From Pseudolabrys sp. (GTDB lineage Bacteria > Pseudomonadota > Alphaproteobacteria > Rhizobiales > Xanthobacteraceae), in the NCBI GenBank assembly GCA_035549515.1, contig DASZQT010000403.1, positions 1 through 50,458 of the forward strand: DNA of 50,458 nt, written 5' to 3'. The position numbers were made by a program, and so were the translations under genes. Below the pieces are notes generated by a model. That model was not told where the DNA came from, did no database searches, and saw nothing but the letters and a program-made list of their open reading frames with translations. Positions 47,393 to 50,458 of the stretch are shown piece after piece (the stretch's first letter is position 1; every line of letters starts with the position of its first letter).

Positions 47393-48456
47393 GAGGCCGC
47401 TCCGCTCGCGAGTTGCGCGGCGACGGTCGCCCCGGCCTTGAGATCGCGCGCCATCGATTGATTGATCTTGGCGAGCAGTTCGTAGCGGACCATGTCGTAA
47501 CCCATGTCGATCGCCGAGGCGGTGCCTTCGGCATCGGCGCCCCCGTGGCTCTTGATAACGATGCCATTGAGGCCGAGGAAGACGCCGCCGTTGGATTTGC
47601 GCGGGTCCATCTTCTCGCGCAGCGTGCGGAAGGCCTGCCGCGCCAATAGATAGCCGAGGCGGGAAGCCCAGGTGCGGTTGAGCGCGGCCCGCAGATATTG
47701 CGCGAGCTGGTGCGCGGTGCCCTCGGCGGTCTTGAGCGCGATGTTGCCGGCGAAGCCCTCGGTCACCACCACGTCGACCACGCCCTTGCCGATGTCGTCG
47801 CCCTCGACGAAACCGTGATAGTCGAAATGCGGGAAATGGCCCTCGCGCAGGATGCGGCCGGCTTCGCGCACCTGCTCCAGGCCCTTGACCTCCTCGACCC
47901 CGATATTCAGGAGCCCGACGGTCGGCCGTTCGATATCGAACAGGACGCGCGCCATGGCGCTGCCCATGGCGGCGAGATTGATCAGGTGGGCCTCGTCGGC
48001 GCCGATCGAGGCGCCGACATCGAGCACAATCGATTCGCCCTTGAGCGTCGGCCACAGCGCCGCAATCGCCGGGCGTTCGATGCCCTCGATCATCTTGAGG
48101 TTGAAGCGGGCCATGGCCATCAGCGCGCCGGTATTGCCGGCCGAGACCGCGACATCGGCCTCGCCCTTTTTCACCGCGTCGATGGCGCGCCACATCGAGG
48201 ACTTTCCGCGCCCATAACGCAGCGCCTGGCTCGGCTTGTCGTCCATGCGGATGGTGACGTCGCTGTGGACAACGGTGGAACTGGCCTTCAGGCGCGGCAG
48301 ACCCTCGAGCACGGGGGCGAGCACGGCGCTGTCGCCGACCAGCAGATATTCGATGTCGGGATGCCGGGTGAGCGAGAGGTCCGCCCCCGGCAGGATGACC
48401 GTGGCCCCATGGTCGCCGCCCATGGCATCGAGCGCGATACGGACCTTATCCGTCAT
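47389..48456 (-). CDS. plsX: Phosphate acyltransferase PlsX
   Basis: [49 protein letters not shown]. Confidence 0.97.
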   Translation of the reverse strand: MTDKVRIALDAMGGDHGATVILPGADLSLTRHPDIEYLLVGDSAVLAPVLEGLPRLKASSTVVHSDVTIRMDDKPSQALRYGRGKSSMWRAIDAVKKGEADVAVSAGNTGALMAMARFNLKMIEGIERPAIAALWPTLKGESIVLDVGASIGADEAHLINLAAMGSAMARVLFDIERPTVGLLNIGVEEVKGLEQVREAGRILREGHFPHFDYHGFVEGDDIGKGVVDVVVTEGFAGNIALKTAEGTAHQLAQYLRAALNRTWASRLGYLLARQAFRTLREKMDPRKSNGGVFLGLNGIVIKSHGGADAEGTASAIDMGYDMVRYELLAKINQSMARDLKAGATVAAQLASGAAS

Positions 48457-48582
48457 GGGTCGACCTCGGCGGCGCCGGCGCCGGCGATGGAGTCATGGGT
48501 GTTTTCGACACGGGCGCGACCATAACCGCTTGGCCGGACGAGACAAGCCGGTTGTGCCCGGACACCGCCGCTTGCCCACCGC

Positions 48583-49131
48583 TCACGAGCGGCTGCCGCC
48601 CGGCCGTTTCTTCAAAGCCGCCAGCGCGGCGAACGGGTGCGCGCCCTCGTCTCCAACATTCGGCGGGGTGAAAGTCGCGCCCGGCTTGCGCGGATAGGGA
48701 TCGATCCCGAGCACCATGAACTCGGTCGCGAGCGCGCCGAGGTCGATCGTGCCGCCGATCAGCGGCTCCGGCGGCTCTTCCTCGGCCTCGCTCAGATGAT
48801 GCTCCGCCGCCGCGCTTTCGCCCGCCTCGCCGCGCTCCGGCTGCGGCGCGAAGGTCACCTCGACCGGCTCGTCGATCTCGCTTTCCATCGGTTCCAGGCT
48901 GACCACGCAGGTCTGTCCGACCCGCGCGCGCACCTGCCCGCGCACATGCACCGCCGCGCCGCGCCGTTCCAGGTCAAAACTGGCCGCCAGGTGCGGCAGG
49001 TCGCGCAGGCCGGCGAACCTCGCCAGTTCCGCACGCGTCGCCTCCGACGGCTCGATGTCCAGATGCTGGCCAGTCTCCGGGATGCCCACAACGGCGACCG
49101 GCACGCTCCAAGGGCTGGGGGGTTTTTCCAT
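48583..49131 (-). CDS. DUF177 (YceD-like) protein
   Basis: QTCVVSLEP, IDLGALATEF, GIDPYPRKPG, PFAALAALK; upstream of plsX. Confidence 0.88.
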   Translation of the reverse strand: MEKPPSPWSVPVAVVGIPETGQHLDIEPSEATRAELARFAGLRDLPHLAASFDLERRGAAVHVRGQVRARVGQTCVVSLEPMESEIDEPVEVTFAPQPERGEAGESAAAEHHLSEAEEEPPEPLIGGTIDLGALATEFMVLGIDPYPRKPGATFTPPNVGDEGAHPFAALAALKKRPGGSRS

Positions 49132-49170
49132 GACGATCAGTCTCTTATCGCAAGTTCTTGGCACAGAATC

Positions 49171-49716
49171 CTAAGGTGCCGCAACAAAGCCCGCCGGGTC
49201 GGGAAAGGCGATCTCCCCCCGCCCCAGGGCGGTCGCGTCCTGGGCGGCAAGCCGCTGCACCGTCTCGCGCATATAAGCCGCCAGCCGCCCGGCGGCACCC
49301 GCCGGCGCGGCACCGCCATAGACGTTGCGGGTTATGGTTTCGATCAGGGCCTCGTCCGCTCCGGCTGCCAAGGCCTGCCGATAGGCCTGCGCCCGGCCGT
49401 AGAAGGCCTCACCGATCCGCCGCATCTCCTTGGGCACTTTGAGGTCGCTGATGCCTATTTCCCGCAGGTTGTCGTCCATATCGCGGCAGAAGCGGTCAAA
49501 AACGCCCTGCCCCAGCTCCGCCAGCGCCGGATCGCCCATCAGCCGCTCGCTCACCAGCGCCAAATGCAGGACCAGCAGGTCGAAGCGCCCGTTAACCGTA
49601 TCGGCGACGCCCAAGTCGCGGTAAAAGCAGGGCCTTCGCGCCTGCGCCACGATCATGCCATACAGGGCGGAAATGGTGCCGGCCTGCCGGCTGCGGCGAA
49701 ACAGGGGAAAGATCAT
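49171..49716 (-). CDS. Ubiquinol-cytochrome c chaperone (Cbp3-like)
   Basis: IVAQARRP, GVADTVNGRFDLLVLH, DMDDNLREIGISD, AFYGR. Confidence 0.9.
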   Translation of the reverse strand: MIFPLFRRSRQAGTISALYGMIVAQARRPCFYRDLGVADTVNGRFDLLVLHLALVSERLMGDPALAELGQGVFDRFCRDMDDNLREIGISDLKVPKEMRRIGEAFYGRAQAYRQALAAGADEALIETITRNVYGGAAPAGAAGRLAAYMRETVQRLAAQDATALGRGEIAFPDPAGFVAAP

Positions 49717-49789
49717 CGGATTTGCAACTGGTCGCTGACCGCGGTTTTTGCGCGGTTACGGCAAGGGCGCGGCCGATGCAAGAGGCATT

Positions 49790-50299
49790 ATGGGGACCGC
49801 GGATTTGGGTTTTCGCATCGGATTGGGCGCCAAGGGCGTCAGGCGCGCCAAAGGCGCCTTGGAAACGAAGGGCACTCGTCGTTTCGCGCTGGTGGTCGCG
49901 CTTTCGCTCGCGCTTGGCGCCTGCGGCGGCATGACCGAGACCCTTCAGCGCGGCTATGTGCTGCCGGAAGGCGCGCTCGAGCAGATTCCGGTCGGCGCCA
50001 CGCAGGACCAGGTTCTGCTGGTGCTCGGCACGCCCTCGACCGTCGCGACCGTGAGCGGCGAAGCCTTCTACTACATTTCTCAGAAGGCGCAGCGCAGCGC
50101 GGCCTTCATGCCGCATGAAGTGGTCGATCAGCGCGTGGTCGCGGTCTATTTCGACAAGGATCGCCGGGTGGTGAAGCTCGCCAATTACGGCATCAAGGAC
50201 GGCCGCATCTTCGACTTCTATTCCAAGACCACGCCCACCGGCGGCCAGGAGCTCAATTACATCCGTGGCATCTTCAAGGGCCTGACCTTCCACCCGTAA
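49790..50299 (+). CDS. bamE: Outer membrane protein assembly factor BamE (SmpA/OmlA lipoprotein)
   Basis: Lipobox LGAC, QVLLVLGTPS, FYYIS, RVVAVYFD, TPTGG; start uncertain. Confidence 0.9.
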   Translation: MGTADLGFRIGLGAKGVRRAKGALETKGTRRFALVVALSLALGACGGMTETLQRGYVLPEGALEQIPVGATQDQVLLVLGTPSTVATVSGEAFYYISQKAQRSAAFMPHEVVDQRVVAVYFDKDRRVVKLANYGIKDGRIFDFYSKTTPTGGQELNYIRGIFKGLTFHP

Positions 50300-50339
50300 G
50301 GGAGCCGGCGCGGCGCTACGCAACGGCCAGTGAATAAAT

Positions 50340-50365
50340 AAGGGCCCGCATCGCTGCGGGCCCTT
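50340..50365. terminator. Terminator hairpin between convergent bamE and hppA
   Basis: AAGGGCCCGCA-tcgc-TGCGGGCCCTT perfect 11-bp stem; T-rich tail on the minus strand. Confidence 0.8.
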
Positions 50366-50395
50366 CGGTTTCGCGAGATCGCTTTGCGTCGCGCG

Positions 50396-50458
50396 TCAGT
50401 GCGCGAGCACTGCGAGCAGGAGCAACGCCACGATGTTGGTGATCTTGATCATCGGGTT
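50396..50458 (-). CDS. hppA: C-terminal end of a membrane-bound H+/Na+-translocating pyrophosphatase (partial)
   Basis: Hand translation NPMIKITNIVALLLLAVLAH* matches the recalled C-terminus of rhizobial membrane pyrophosphatases; only 20 codons are visible. Confidence 0.75.
   Translation of the reverse strand, partial: NPMIKITNIVALLLLAVLAH

Noticed and set aside
46415-48193. 592-aa ORF extending fabH upstream across plsX (possible fusion or frameshift)
   Set aside because: The extension is Arg-rich off-frame translation of plsX. fabH has a normal GTG start coupled to the plsX stop, and long stop-free frames are common at this GC content.
48457-48582. Missing rpmF between the DUF177 gene and plsX
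   Set aside because: No L32-like ORF is seen, but to my knowledge this arrangement is ordinary in Hyphomicrobiales.

Overview
High-GC alphaproteobacterial chromosome segment. Gene content and order suggest Hyphomicrobiales (Pseudolabrys/Bradyrhizobium-like); this is inference. The core backbone is glnII, two GGDEF cyclases, rplM-rpsI, a PaaI thioesterase, an enoyl-CoA hydratase, a CoA-binding protein, metY, ctaA, a unipolar-polysaccharide (upp)-type cluster, tRNA-Pro(GGG), merR-like/ihfA/fabH/plsX/DUF177/Cbp3, bamE and the 3' end of hppA. Two apparently accessory blocks interrupt it. Block 1 (about 6.8-17.6 kb) opens with a 1-kb single-gene cassette bounded by a 64-bp duplication of the enoyl-CoA hydratase 3' end. 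It continues with a triheme cytochrome c/2Fe-2S/Tat-molybdoenzyme operon and genes carrying sigma-EcfG-type promoters. Block 2 (about 35.4-45.2 kb, downstream of tRNA-Pro) holds a beta-oxidation pair, an Omp25-type barrel, a signal-peptide-bearing formylglycine-generating enzyme, and two tandem secreted Cys-rich sulfatases, each ending in four dockerin/EF-hand-like Ca2+ loops. This sulfatase-FGE module is the best candidate for an undescribed system. No integrase, transposase, CRISPR array or rRNA gene was seen. All calls come from reading motifs by eye, no database searches were run, and many start codons are my own choices.
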